Below are positions 36,121 to 45,357 of a stretch of DNA of 64,000 bases, one piece after another. The translations under genes and the position numbers were made by a program. Location of the stretch: the NCBI GenBank assembly GCA_017521005.1, contig JAFXEC010000015.1:1241-65240 (forward strand). The letters are read 5' to 3'. The first letter of the stretch is position 1; each line of letters opens with the position of its first letter. The notes under the pieces were generated by a model. The model was not told the origin of the DNA, did not search any database, and saw only the letters and a list, made by a program, of their open reading frames with translations. Source of the DNA: Clostridia bacterium. GTDB lineage: Bacteria; Bacillota; Clostridia; TANB77; CAG-465.

Positions 36121-36990
36121 ATGAATAATAAATTAGAAACAATTTCAAATCTTTTTGAAGGGAGTGAAATAAGAAGCGTATGGGATGCAGAGAAAGAAGA
36201 ATACTTTTTTAGCGTTGTTGATGTTGTTGGTGCACTAACTGGTAGTAAAGAACCAAGAAAATACTGGTCTGTCTTAAAAGTAAGGCTGAAAAAAGAAGGT
36301 AGCGAACTGACTACAAAATGTAGTCAGTTGAAAATGCTTGCACCAGATGGCAAATATAGAATTAGAGATGTTATGATAACACAAGATATTTTTAGATTAA
36401 TTGAGTCTATTCCTAGTCCTAAAGCAGAACCATTTAAATTATGGCTGGCAAGGCTTGGAAGTGAAAGAATTGACGAAGTATTTGATCCTGAGATTGCTAT
36501 TAAAAGAGGAATAGAATATTATAGAAAACATGGTTACTCAGATAGATGGATAGAAGCAAGATTAAAAGGTATATTAGATAGGAACAAATTAACAGACGTT
36601 TGGAAGGATAATGGAATAAAAGAAAATTATGAGTATGCTATCTTAACTAATGAAATATATAAAACATGGTCTGGTATGAAGGCAAACGAATATAAAGAAT
36701 ATAAAAATATAAGAAAAGAATCTTTAAGGGATAATATGACCGATGTTGAAATTGCACTAACAGACTTGGGTGAAATAGCAACAAGAGAACTTGCTAAAAA
36801 ATATAAGCCACAAGGATTAGAAAGAAATAAAGAAATAGCTAAAGCAGGTGGCGGAGTTGCTAAAACTGCTCGTAAAGACTTAGAAGAAAAACTTGGCGAA
36901 ACGATTGTTAGTAGTAAAAACAATCTTAATTATGAATATTTGGATAATAATAAGTTGCTAAAAGGAAGCGTGGAGAGCAGGGATAATTAA
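36121..36990 (+). CDS. BRO-N domain protein with DinD-like (DNA-damage-inducible protein D) C-terminal region
   Basis: The N-terminus FEGSEIRSVWDAEKEEYFFSVVDVVGALTGS is BRO-N like. The C-terminus ...DNMTDVEIALTDLGEIATRELAKKY...AKAGGGVAKTARKDLEEKLGE resembles the DinD family. Confidence 0.6.
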   Translation: MNNKLETISNLFEGSEIRSVWDAEKEEYFFSVVDVVGALTGSKEPRKYWSVLKVRLKKEGSELTTKCSQLKMLAPDGKYRIRDVMITQDIFRLIESIPSPKAEPFKLWLARLGSERIDEVFDPEIAIKRGIEYYRKHGYSDRWIEARLKGILDRNKLTDVWKDNGIKENYEYAILTNEIYKTWSGMKANEYKEYKNIRKESLRDNMTDVEIALTDLGEIATRELAKKYKPQGLERNKEIAKAGGGVAKTARKDLEEKLGETIVSSKNNLNYEYLDNNKLLKGSVESRDN

Positions 36991-37113
36991 TGAATTAGTA
37001 TAATTTAAATAATATGAAGAAAATGATTAATATAACTAAACAATAGAGAATAATTAGTTGCTAATTATTCTCTATTGTGATATTATGAGCATATATAAAC
37101 AAGGAGAAAACAA

Positions 37114-37386
37114 ATGAAAGGAATAGTAAAAATAATTATTACAATAACAATATTTGTAATAATAGGATTTGGACTTACAGATTATTATACTGTATCAAGA
37201 TTTGAGAAACCTATATTTTGTATAGGTACAGAACTTAAAGATGATGGTGGAAGTGGTAAATATACAGGAATAGGTTATTCTTTTAATATAGAAGGAAACT
37301 TTATGCCAGAAGATGAATTCCCTGGTGTAACTAGATATGACTTCTACATCTTTGGTAAACATATAGAATCAGGAATAAGAGATTAG
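37114..37386 (+). CDS. Small membrane-anchored hypothetical protein (90 aa)
   Basis: An ORF with a GGAG RBS and an N-terminal TM/signal anchor. It is followed 8 nt later by a second similar gene. Confidence 0.45.
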   Translation: MKGIVKIIITITIFVIIGFGLTDYYTVSRFEKPIFCIGTELKDDGGSGKYTGIGYSFNIEGNFMPEDEFPGVTRYDFYIFGKHIESGIRD

Positions 37387-37394
37387 GTGGTTAT

Positions 37395-37763
37395 ATGACT
37401 AAGCATAAATTAAAAGTATTGTTTATAGTAATCCCGTTAATAATTTTAATTATAGCTAGTACTATTGTTGTAGCACTTGGTACAAACAAAACATTCTTTA
37501 AGGAAGAATATGAAGGGGTAGATGGTAAAATTAGATTTATACCAAAGTATTCATATTTTAAGAGCGAATGCTGTATGACAGCTGCTATATTTTATTCCTT
37601 AAGAAGTGAAAGTACATTAAAAGAAGAAATAGAAAACTATATGAAAGATTTTAAGTATTTTGACGATGAATCAACATATGGATATATGAAAGAGGATGTA
37701 TTTATACAAGAATATACAGTAACAGATGAAGGATTATATAGAATAATATGCATTACATATTAA
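37395..37763 (+). CDS. Small membrane-anchored hypothetical protein (122 aa)
   Basis: An ORF with a GGTGG RBS and an N-terminal TM anchor. Confidence 0.45.
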   Translation: MTKHKLKVLFIVIPLIILIIASTIVVALGTNKTFFKEEYEGVDGKIRFIPKYSYFKSECCMTAAIFYSLRSESTLKEEIENYMKDFKYFDDESTYGYMKEDVFIQEYTVTDEGLYRIICITY

Positions 37764-37774
37764 GGAGGAACTAA

Positions 37775-38917
37775 ATGGAAGAGAAAAAAGGAAGAGATAC
37801 TTTATCTAGATTTTTTAGAAATGTTGTATTAATACTTGCGGCTTGGTGGTTAATAAATAATGTTAAAGTTTTAGGAACAGTATTATCTAAAGTAGCAAAT
37901 ATATTATTACCATTTATAATAGGTGGAGCAATTGCGTTTATAATAAATATACCAATGACATTTTTTGAAAAGCATATGTCTTGGATTAAACTGAAAGTAA
38001 TTAGAAGAATAATATCAATTATTTTATCGGTAGCAATTGTAACTTTAATTATATATTTAATAATAAACTTAATAGTACCAGAATTAGGCGCTATTATTAA
38101 TATGTTAATTACAAACATTCCATATTATATAACAGAAGTAAAAGAACTTGCTGTAAAATGGGATTTAACAGAATATATAGAGAAATTAAATTTAGATGAA
38201 ACAAGCTTAAAAGCACAAATATTATCTATAGCATCAAATGTGTTTACATCATCAATATCTTTAGTAAGCTCAGTATTTGGAGTTGTTTCTACAGCAATAA
38301 TATCTATAATATTTGCAATATATGTGTTAGCAAGTAAAGAAAAGATAGCAGAAACATTAAAAACATTACTTAATGTATATGCTCCAAAGAAAGCTAAAAA
38401 GATAATAGATTTAGGAAGTTTAACAAATGTATCGTTTAAGAGTTTCTTTACAGTACAATGTTTAGAAGCAATAATATTAGGTGTGCTATGCTATATAGGT
38501 ATGTTAATACTTAAAATACCATATGCAATACCAATTAGTGTACTTATATCTGTAACAGCATTAGTACCAATAGTTGGTGGAATTGTTGGTATAATAATTG
38601 GTGCAATATTAATAGTTGCCGTTGAACCTACAAAAGCACTACCATTTATAATATTTATGGTTGTGTTACAACAATTTGAAGGTAATGTAATTTATCCAAA
38701 AGTTGTAGGTGAATCTTTAGGACTACCTGGTATACTTGTGTTAGTAGCTGTAACACTTGGCGGTAATATGTTTGGTGTACTTGGAATGTTATTAAGTGTA
38801 CCAACAGCAGTAGTAATATACACATTAGTTAAAAACGACATTAAAGATAAAACTAAGAAAGATGGCAAAAAGGAAATAAAAGAAACAAAACCTAAAAAAG
38901 AAATCAAAAAAGCATAG
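37775..38917 (+). CDS. AI-2E family (PerM/YtvI-like) transporter
   Basis: A 380-aa polytopic protein. The block VLQQFEGNVIYPKVVGESLGLPG is characteristic of the family. Confidence 0.75.
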   Translation: MEEKKGRDTLSRFFRNVVLILAAWWLINNVKVLGTVLSKVANILLPFIIGGAIAFIINIPMTFFEKHMSWIKLKVIRRIISIILSVAIVTLIIYLIINLIVPELGAIINMLITNIPYYITEVKELAVKWDLTEYIEKLNLDETSLKAQILSIASNVFTSSISLVSSVFGVVSTAIISIIFAIYVLASKEKIAETLKTLLNVYAPKKAKKIIDLGSLTNVSFKSFFTVQCLEAIILGVLCYIGMLILKIPYAIPISVLISVTALVPIVGGIVGIIIGAILIVAVEPTKALPFIIFMVVLQQFEGNVIYPKVVGESLGLPGILVLVAVTLGGNMFGVLGMLLSVPTAVVIYTLVKNDIKDKTKKDGKKEIKETKPKKEIKKA

Positions 38918-38934
38918 TGCTTTAGGAGGTTTGT

Positions 38935-39570
38935 ATGAAAGAATTAGTAAATGTAAACTTAAGAAAATACATTGAGGAGAATATATATCCAGAATACAAC
39001 CTAAATGATAAAGGTCATAATTTAGAACATATAGAATTTGTTCTAAACAGGGCATATGAAATATCTAAAAACTATAACCTTAACCTAGATATGTTATATG
39101 TAGTAGTTTCTTTTCATGATATTGCTTGTCATATAAATAGAGAAGAACATGAAATACTTTCTGCTAAAAGAATGTATGAAGATGAAAAGTTAAAAGAGTT
39201 CTTTACAGAAGAACAAAGATTAATTATGAAAGAAGCAATAGAAGATCATAGAGCTTCTTTAGAATATGTTCCAAGAAATATATATGGAAAAATATTATCT
39301 TCTGCAGATAGAAAAATAGACATAGATATTTATCTTACATCTTCTATGGGATTTAGCATAAAGAAGAATCCAGATATTACAGATGAAGATGTAATAGAAG
39401 AATCATATGAATTCGCAATAAAGAAATTTGGTAAGAATGGTTATGCTACTACTAAAATGTATGTAGAAGATAAAAAGTATAAAGAATATCTAGATGAATT
39501 ACAAAGACTAATAGATAACAAACAAGAATATATATTAAGAGCTAGAAAGGTACTAAGTAATTTAAGATAA
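38935..39570 (+). CDS. HD-domain phosphohydrolase
   Basis: Motifs H..H (GHNLEHIEF), SFHDIACH and SSADR. Length 211 aa. Confidence 0.65.
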   Translation: MKELVNVNLRKYIEENIYPEYNLNDKGHNLEHIEFVLNRAYEISKNYNLNLDMLYVVVSFHDIACHINREEHEILSAKRMYEDEKLKEFFTEEQRLIMKEAIEDHRASLEYVPRNIYGKILSSADRKIDIDIYLTSSMGFSIKKNPDITDEDVIEESYEFAIKKFGKNGYATTKMYVEDKKYKEYLDELQRLIDNKQEYILRARKVLSNLR

Positions 39571-39579
39571 TGTATAAAT

Positions 39580-39611
39580 AACAAGGCCTGAAAATATTTA
39601 GGCCTTGTTTT
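39580..39611 (+). terminator. Intrinsic terminator / possible attenuator immediately upstream of the ABC-F gene RBS
   Basis: A 9-bp stem, aacaaggcc / ggccttgtt, with a 12-nt loop and a T-rich tail. It starts 9 nt after the HD-gene stop and ends 6 nt before the GGAGG at 39618. Confidence 0.6.
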
Positions 39612-39629
39612 AAGTATGGAGGTGAATAT

Positions 39630-41114
39630 ATGTCAGTAATAAGTGTAAACAATTTAACTTTTGGTTATGATGGAAGTTATACTAATATATTTGAGAATGT
39701 TTCTTTAAACATAGATACGGACTGGAAACTAGGTTTAATAGGAAGAAATGGAAAAGGAAAAACCACCTTCTTAAAATTATTACAAGATAAATATGAATAC
39801 AAAGGAAGTATATCTAAAAATGTAGATGTGGATTATTTCCCTTATGATATACCTAACAAAGATAGATTAGTAATGGATGTTATACAAGAGATTGCACCAC
39901 TTGCAGAAGAATGGGAAATAATAAAAGAAATAAATTTACTACATGCAGATGTTGGAATATTATACAGAAGTTTTAATACATTAAGTGGTGGAGAACAAGT
40001 TAAAGTGTTGTTAATAAGCTTATTCTTGAAAGGTAATAACTTTTTGCTTGTTGATGAACCGACTAATCATTTAGATAACGAAACAAGAGAGAACTTAGTA
40101 GAATATTTAGCTAAGAAAAAAGGGTATATATTAGTATCACACGATAGAAACTTTCTAGATAGAGTAGTAGACCATATTATCGCTATAAATAACACTAATA
40201 TTGAAATTAGACAAGGTAATTTTAGTATTTGGAAGGAAAACAAAGATAGACAAGATGCTTTTGAACTTACACAAAACGAAAGACTACAAAGAGATATAGC
40301 AAGACTTGAAACAGCTGCTAAAAATACGGCTAAATGGTCAAATGAATCAGAAAAGGCTAAGAGCAGAAAACACAATACTGCCGAATTTATAGATACTGGA
40401 TATATTGGGCATAAATCTGCTAAAATGATGAAAAGCTCTAAGGTAATGGAACAAAGATTAGAAAGAGTAATTGATGAGAAAAGCGAATTGCTTAAAAATA
40501 TAGATAGAACGGATAAATTAAAAATAATCCCAATAGATAGTGCAAGAAATCCATTAGTAAGTTTAAATAAAGTTCAAGTTGTATATGATGGTAAGAGTAT
40601 ATTTAACCCTATTACATTTGAAATAAATTCTAAAGAAAGAATTGCACTTGTTGGTAAAAATGGAGTTGGTAAATCTAGTATATTGAAATTAATATTAGGT
40701 GAGAATATAGAATATACAGGAAACATAAAGGTGCAAAACGGAATAAAAATATCTTATGTATCTCAAAGTACAGAACATCTTAATGGTAATTTAAAAGATT
40801 TTGCAATAGATAACACTGTGGATGAAAGTATATTTAAATCTATGTTAGCAAAGATGGGATTTACAGATAAAGATTTTGACACAAACATTGAAGCGATGAG
40901 TGAAGGTCAAAAGAAAAAAGTATTAATTGCTAAAAGCATTTCAGAACAAGCAAATTTATATATATGGGATGAACCACTAAATTATATAGATATATTAACA
41001 CGTGAACAAATTGAAGATGCAGTTTTAACATATAATCCAACAATAATATTTGTAGAGCACGATGAAAGATTTATAGAAAAGCTAGCAACAAAAATTGTAA
41101 ATATAGGAAAATAG
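39630..41114 (+). CDS. lsa: ABC-F ribosomal-protection protein, Lsa family (lincosamide/streptogramin A/pleuromutilin type)
   Basis: A 494-aa protein with two ABC cassettes and no TM domain. It is colinear with my recollection of Lsa(A): DTDWKLGLIGRNGKGKTT, LSGGEQVKVLL, ILVSHDRNFLD..VDHI, NFSIW, DAFEL, MSEGQKKKV and LYIWDEPLNY. Confidence 0.8.
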   Translation: MSVISVNNLTFGYDGSYTNIFENVSLNIDTDWKLGLIGRNGKGKTTFLKLLQDKYEYKGSISKNVDVDYFPYDIPNKDRLVMDVIQEIAPLAEEWEIIKEINLLHADVGILYRSFNTLSGGEQVKVLLISLFLKGNNFLLVDEPTNHLDNETRENLVEYLAKKKGYILVSHDRNFLDRVVDHIIAINNTNIEIRQGNFSIWKENKDRQDAFELTQNERLQRDIARLETAAKNTAKWSNESEKAKSRKHNTAEFIDTGYIGHKSAKMMKSSKVMEQRLERVIDEKSELLKNIDRTDKLKIIPIDSARNPLVSLNKVQVVYDGKSIFNPITFEINSKERIALVGKNGVGKSSILKLILGENIEYTGNIKVQNGIKISYVSQSTEHLNGNLKDFAIDNTVDESIFKSMLAKMGFTDKDFDTNIEAMSEGQKKKVLIAKSISEQANLYIWDEPLNYIDILTREQIEDAVLTYNPTIIFVEHDERFIEKLATKIVNIGK

Positions 41115-41126
41115 AATGGGGTAAAA

Positions 41127-41396
41127 ATGAATAAACAAGGAAATATAGAAGTAGAAGGAACAATAATTAAATTAAAGAAAATATGGTGGATAAAAATAAA
41201 TACAAAAGCTTTTAGAAAATCATCATTAGATGGAGCAACGTTTCCATATATAATAACTGTTAAATACACTGTAAATGACACCACTTACGAAAAGAACAAA
41301 TTTGTGTATTTAGGAGATAAAGAAATAAACAATGGAGACAAGTTAAAGGTTGTTTGTGATGTAATTAATCCTAAAAAGATAGTCATACATAAATAA
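41127..41396 (+). CDS. Hypothetical protein (89 aa)
   Basis: An ORF starting 12 nt after the ABC-F stop. No family recognised. Confidence 0.4.
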   Translation: MNKQGNIEVEGTIIKLKKIWWIKINTKAFRKSSLDGATFPYIITVKYTVNDTTYEKNKFVYLGDKEINNGDKLKVVCDVINPKKIVIHK

Positions 41397-41491
41397 ATGA
41401 TAATTTGTAGCATGCAACCTATAATTGACAAATAGTTGGTAGAACGCAATTATTAAAATTTATATAATTATCCTAGAAGGAGGTAATTATT

Positions 41492-42124
41492 ATGACCATT
41501 GGAAGTAGAATTAGAGATTTGAGAAGAAATCTGAACTATTCTCAAGAATATCTTGCAGAACAATTAGAAGTAAGTCGACAAGCAGTATCAAAGTGGGAAC
41601 AAGATATATCAAATCCGGATACTAATAATATTATTAAATTAGCAGAGCTGTTAAATTCCACAGTAGAATACATTGCATCAGGCAAACAAGAAACAGTAGA
41701 TACGAGTAAGTCTAAACAAAAATTATCTAAAAGACAAAAAATAAAAATAGGTATTATAATTAGCGTTTGTGTATTATTAATAGTATGTGGAACTTTAGTT
41801 GGATATATTTATACTAGACCTGTGGATTGGGATGCTGGCGCTTGTGGTGGAGGATATGCTACTTGGATTTTTGATAAATACAATAAAGATTTAACTGAAG
41901 TTTTCTTAAATGGAATGGGAGAAGAAAAAGAAAATGTTATTTCTATTAATTCATTGCGAGGTACACAAAGTGCTACCTGGGACGAAAATAAAATATTTTT
42001 AACATTTAATATTAAGTATGAGCATAAAGATTATGGCTTAGTAGAAGAAAAGGTTAATTTTATAGGCACACGTTATTGGATAGACTCATTTAAATGGAGT
42101 GGCGCTATTATAGTTGGTGAATAA
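41492..42124 (+). CDS. Membrane-tethered XRE-family HTH regulator
   Basis: An HTH (YSQEYLAEQLEVSRQAVSKWEQDISNPD), one TM helix and an extracytoplasmic domain of about 100 aa. Confidence 0.7.
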   Translation: MTIGSRIRDLRRNLNYSQEYLAEQLEVSRQAVSKWEQDISNPDTNNIIKLAELLNSTVEYIASGKQETVDTSKSKQKLSKRQKIKIGIIISVCVLLIVCGTLVGYIYTRPVDWDAGACGGGYATWIFDKYNKDLTEVFLNGMGEEKENVISINSLRGTQSATWDENKIFLTFNIKYEHKDYGLVEEKVNFIGTRYWIDSFKWSGAIIVGE

Positions 42125-42218
42125 AATATATGAAAAAGCAAGATGGAATATCTTGCTTTTTTCTCTTGTTAAAGTATTATCCTTGTGATATAACATTGTT
42201 AATATAAAGAGGTGTAGT

Positions 42219-43397
42219 ATGAAATATAGAAAAGATAAGTACGGAAATGATATATCTGTTTTAGGTTTTGGGTGTATGAGATTTACCAAAAAAGGAACAG
42301 GAATAGATTTGGATAAAATGGATAAAGAGGTAATGACTGCTATTAATGCTGGTGTAAACTATTTTGATACAGCATACATTTATCCAGGAAGTGAAGCTGC
42401 TTTAGGGCATGTTTTAGCAAAGAATAATGCTAGAGATAAAATATACATAGCTACTAAGTTACCACAATATTTAATTAAATCTAAAGAAAGTGCTGAAAAA
42501 TGTTTTAACGAAGAATTAGAACGTCTTAAAACAGATCATGTAGATTATTACTTAATGCATATGTTAACAGATGTAAAGAGTTGGGAAAGATTATGTGAAC
42601 TTGGTATTGCAGATTGGATTCGTGAGAAAAAAGAAAGTGGCAAGATTAGACAAATTGGTTTTTCTTATCACGGGAATTCAGATATGTTCTGTCAAATTGT
42701 TGACGCATATGATTGGGATTTTTGCCAAATACAATATAACTATTTAGATGAAACTTCTCAAGCAGGAGTAAAAGGTCTTAAACATGCAAATGCTAAAGGG
42801 TTACCAGTAGTAATAATGGAACCATTAAGGGGTGGAAGACTTGTTAATAATCTTCCAGAAAAGGCTAAAAAGTTATTTGAAAACTACAAGACTAAACGTA
42901 CACCAGCTGAATGGGCGTTTAGATGGTTATGGAATCAACCAGAAGTTACTTGTGTATTATCTGGTATGAATTCAGTTCAGATGGTAGAAGAAAATGTTAA
43001 GAATGCATCTACTGCAGAAGTTGGAGAATTTAACACGGAAGATTTCAAACTATTAGAAGATGTAGTAAAAGAAATAAATAGAAGCATGAAGGTTGGATGT
43101 ACTGGTTGTGGATATTGTATGCCTTGCCCTATGAAGGTAGATATCCCAGGAACATTTTCTGCATATAACAAATTACACACAGATAGTAAATTTGTTGGGC
43201 TTAAAGAGTATGTAATGTGTACACTACTTAGAAAAGATTCTACATCAGCTTCTAACTGCGTAGGATGCGGTAAATGTGAGAAACACTGTCCACAAGGATT
43301 AGAAATAAGAAAACATCTTAAAGATGCTAAACGTGAGCTTGAAGGACCAGCATACAAAGTAGCAAAAAGATTTGCTAAATGGTTCTTAAAATATTAG
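42219..43397 (+). CDS. Aldo/keto reductase fused to a C-terminal 4Fe-4S ferredoxin-like domain
   Basis: AKR blocks (LGFGCMRF, GVNYFDTAYIY, DYYLMH) and C-terminal Cys clusters (CTGCGYCMPCP, CVGCGKCEKHCP). Confidence 0.75.
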   Translation: MKYRKDKYGNDISVLGFGCMRFTKKGTGIDLDKMDKEVMTAINAGVNYFDTAYIYPGSEAALGHVLAKNNARDKIYIATKLPQYLIKSKESAEKCFNEELERLKTDHVDYYLMHMLTDVKSWERLCELGIADWIREKKESGKIRQIGFSYHGNSDMFCQIVDAYDWDFCQIQYNYLDETSQAGVKGLKHANAKGLPVVIMEPLRGGRLVNNLPEKAKKLFENYKTKRTPAEWAFRWLWNQPEVTCVLSGMNSVQMVEENVKNASTAEVGEFNTEDFKLLEDVVKEINRSMKVGCTGCGYCMPCPMKVDIPGTFSAYNKLHTDSKFVGLKEYVMCTLLRKDSTSASNCVGCGKCEKHCPQGLEIRKHLKDAKRELEGPAYKVAKRFAKWFLKY

Positions 43398-43422
43398 ATA
43401 ATAAATATACAAGAGGTGAAAT

Positions 43423-44649
43423 ATGAGACTTGTACCTATACCAGAGGATAAATATGATGAATATAGACTAGGAGCAATATTTGACTGCTATAAATGGGAT
43501 CCACAGTTTAAGGATAATAATACAGTAGCAAAATATGCTTTAGTATTAACTAAAGAAGAATATGAAGAATTAGTATTTCTTACAGAGTCTATGGATAAAG
43601 AAACAATAGCAGCTGAAGAATATTTAAATGCAAATTTAGATAAAGCAAAACCATTAGGACTAGCAAGAAGACTAAAAAAGGACATAGAATCTATGTCAAA
43701 CTATGATAAAACAAAACATGTTAGACTTATGCGTTATGATTTTCATCCAACAATAGATGGAAAATGGGCAGTAAGTGAAGTAAATAGTGATGTGCCAGGA
43801 GGATTTGCTGAAGCATCTTTGCTTCCTAAACTTGCTAAAGAAATAATTGGTTTAGATGATACATATTCTGTGAAATGTTTTGGAGATATTTTAGCTAATG
43901 CAATTAAAGCTAAAACAAAAGAAAATGGAACTATTATGATGGTGCATTGTACTTGTTTTAGTGATGATAGACAAGTTATGCAATATATGGGGGATAAACT
44001 TGCTAATATGGGATTTAAGATAATATATGGAGCGGCAGACCATATTATATTTAAAGAAGGAGTACCATACAGTATACTTTCAGGGAATGAATGTAAATTA
44101 GATGGAATTGTTAGATTTAATCCTTTAGAATGGGTAACTAGAATTAAACCCAAAAAATGGGGAGGATATTTTAGTACAGAAACCATGTCTTGTAACCATC
44201 CAATTGCATTGTTTGCACAAACTAAAAGATTTCCGCTTGTTTGGGATAACTTAGAAAAAGCAGGAATATCTATGAAATATTGGAGAGAGCTTTTGCCAGA
44301 CACGAAACTTATTAAAGACTACAAAAAATTAGAAGACAAAAGTGGATATATATACAAACCAGTGTATGGTAGAGTAGGAGAAAAGATAGGTATTAAAGAA
44401 GCTTGTGAGGAAGGCGAATACGATAAAATACTAAAAGAAGTAAAGTGGCATCCCAAACGCTATCTTGCTCAAAAGAAATTTATTAGTAAACCTTTAGAAG
44501 GAATAAATGGTGAAGAATGTCACGTGTGCGTTGGGTCGTATACAGTAGATGGTAAACAAGCAGGATTCTATGCACGTATTAGTAATGTGCCTCGTATAGA
44601 CTCTAATGCGGCAGATATTCCAGTTTTAATAGAAGGGGGCATAAATTAA
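43423..44649 (+). CDS. Glutathionylspermidine-synthase-like (pre-ATP-grasp) amidoligase
   Basis: The blocks CYKWDPQF, RYDFH and WAVSEVNSDVPGG resemble the GspS/YjfC family. Confidence 0.6.
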   Translation: MRLVPIPEDKYDEYRLGAIFDCYKWDPQFKDNNTVAKYALVLTKEEYEELVFLTESMDKETIAAEEYLNANLDKAKPLGLARRLKKDIESMSNYDKTKHVRLMRYDFHPTIDGKWAVSEVNSDVPGGFAEASLLPKLAKEIIGLDDTYSVKCFGDILANAIKAKTKENGTIMMVHCTCFSDDRQVMQYMGDKLANMGFKIIYGAADHIIFKEGVPYSILSGNECKLDGIVRFNPLEWVTRIKPKKWGGYFSTETMSCNHPIALFAQTKRFPLVWDNLEKAGISMKYWRELLPDTKLIKDYKKLEDKSGYIYKPVYGRVGEKIGIKEACEEGEYDKILKEVKWHPKRYLAQKKFISKPLEGINGEECHVCVGSYTVDGKQAGFYARISNVPRIDSNAADIPVLIEGGIN

Positions 44650-45302
44650 TGGTAGGAAAAGAAATATATAAAATTTGGGCTCCTAAAAGCAAATGGCAGG
44701 GGTGGGTTAGACCGGTAATATTTGTAGGACTAGACATGGATAATGTTAAGGAAGAATACTTTAGCAAAAACTTAGATGAAATACTTTATAAAGAGTATAT
44801 AAATAAAGAAACAGCGTTTATTATAGACTTACCAGGAGCAGAAAGTGTAAGAGAAGGGCTTAGTCTTGCAAAATATGGAGTAAGACCTATTGTAATATAT
44901 AATGGACCGGATGAACAATTAGGTTCTACGGCAAATGTAGACAATTCTCCACTAGAATTAGCTGTTTTATGGGGAGCGAATATTCTTAAAGAGATATCTT
45001 TTGAAGAAGATGCGCCACCCGCATTTTTGTTTGACAGTACTAGAATGAATTTATTTAGAAAAGATAGAACTGTATATGATAATAGTTGGTATGTATATGA
45101 ACAAGATATGCCAAGCGCTAAATATCTTTTAGATAATGGAATAAAGAAAGTAATTCTTGTTTCGGATAGTGAAAAGATAAGGAAAGATACAAACAAACTA
45201 TTATATACATATAAAACAAAAGGACTAGAGATACTACATACAGATGGTTTTAAGGAACCAGTTAAAGCAAAGATAAAGAAAGCAAAAAAAGAGATAGATT
45301 AG
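44649..45302 (+). CDS. Hypothetical protein (217 aa) translationally coupled to the amidoligase
   Basis: Its ATG overlaps the preceding TAA (ATTAATGG). No family recognised. Confidence 0.45.
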   Translation: MVGKEIYKIWAPKSKWQGWVRPVIFVGLDMDNVKEEYFSKNLDEILYKEYINKETAFIIDLPGAESVREGLSLAKYGVRPIVIYNGPDEQLGSTANVDNSPLELAVLWGANILKEISFEEDAPPAFLFDSTRMNLFRKDRTVYDNSWYVYEQDMPSAKYLLDNGIKKVILVSDSEKIRKDTNKLLYTYKTKGLEILHTDGFKEPVKAKIKKAKKEID

Positions 45303-45357
45303 AGATAGATATAATAAAAAGAGTTCATATTTAATGAACTCTTTTATTTGTTATTTA

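Noticed and set aside
36121-36990. A prophage or integrative element around the BRO-N gene, and likewise around 62813-63835.
   Set aside because: The window has no integrase, recombinase, terminase, capsid or tail genes and no att-like direct repeats. At most these are isolated remnants or moron-like genes.
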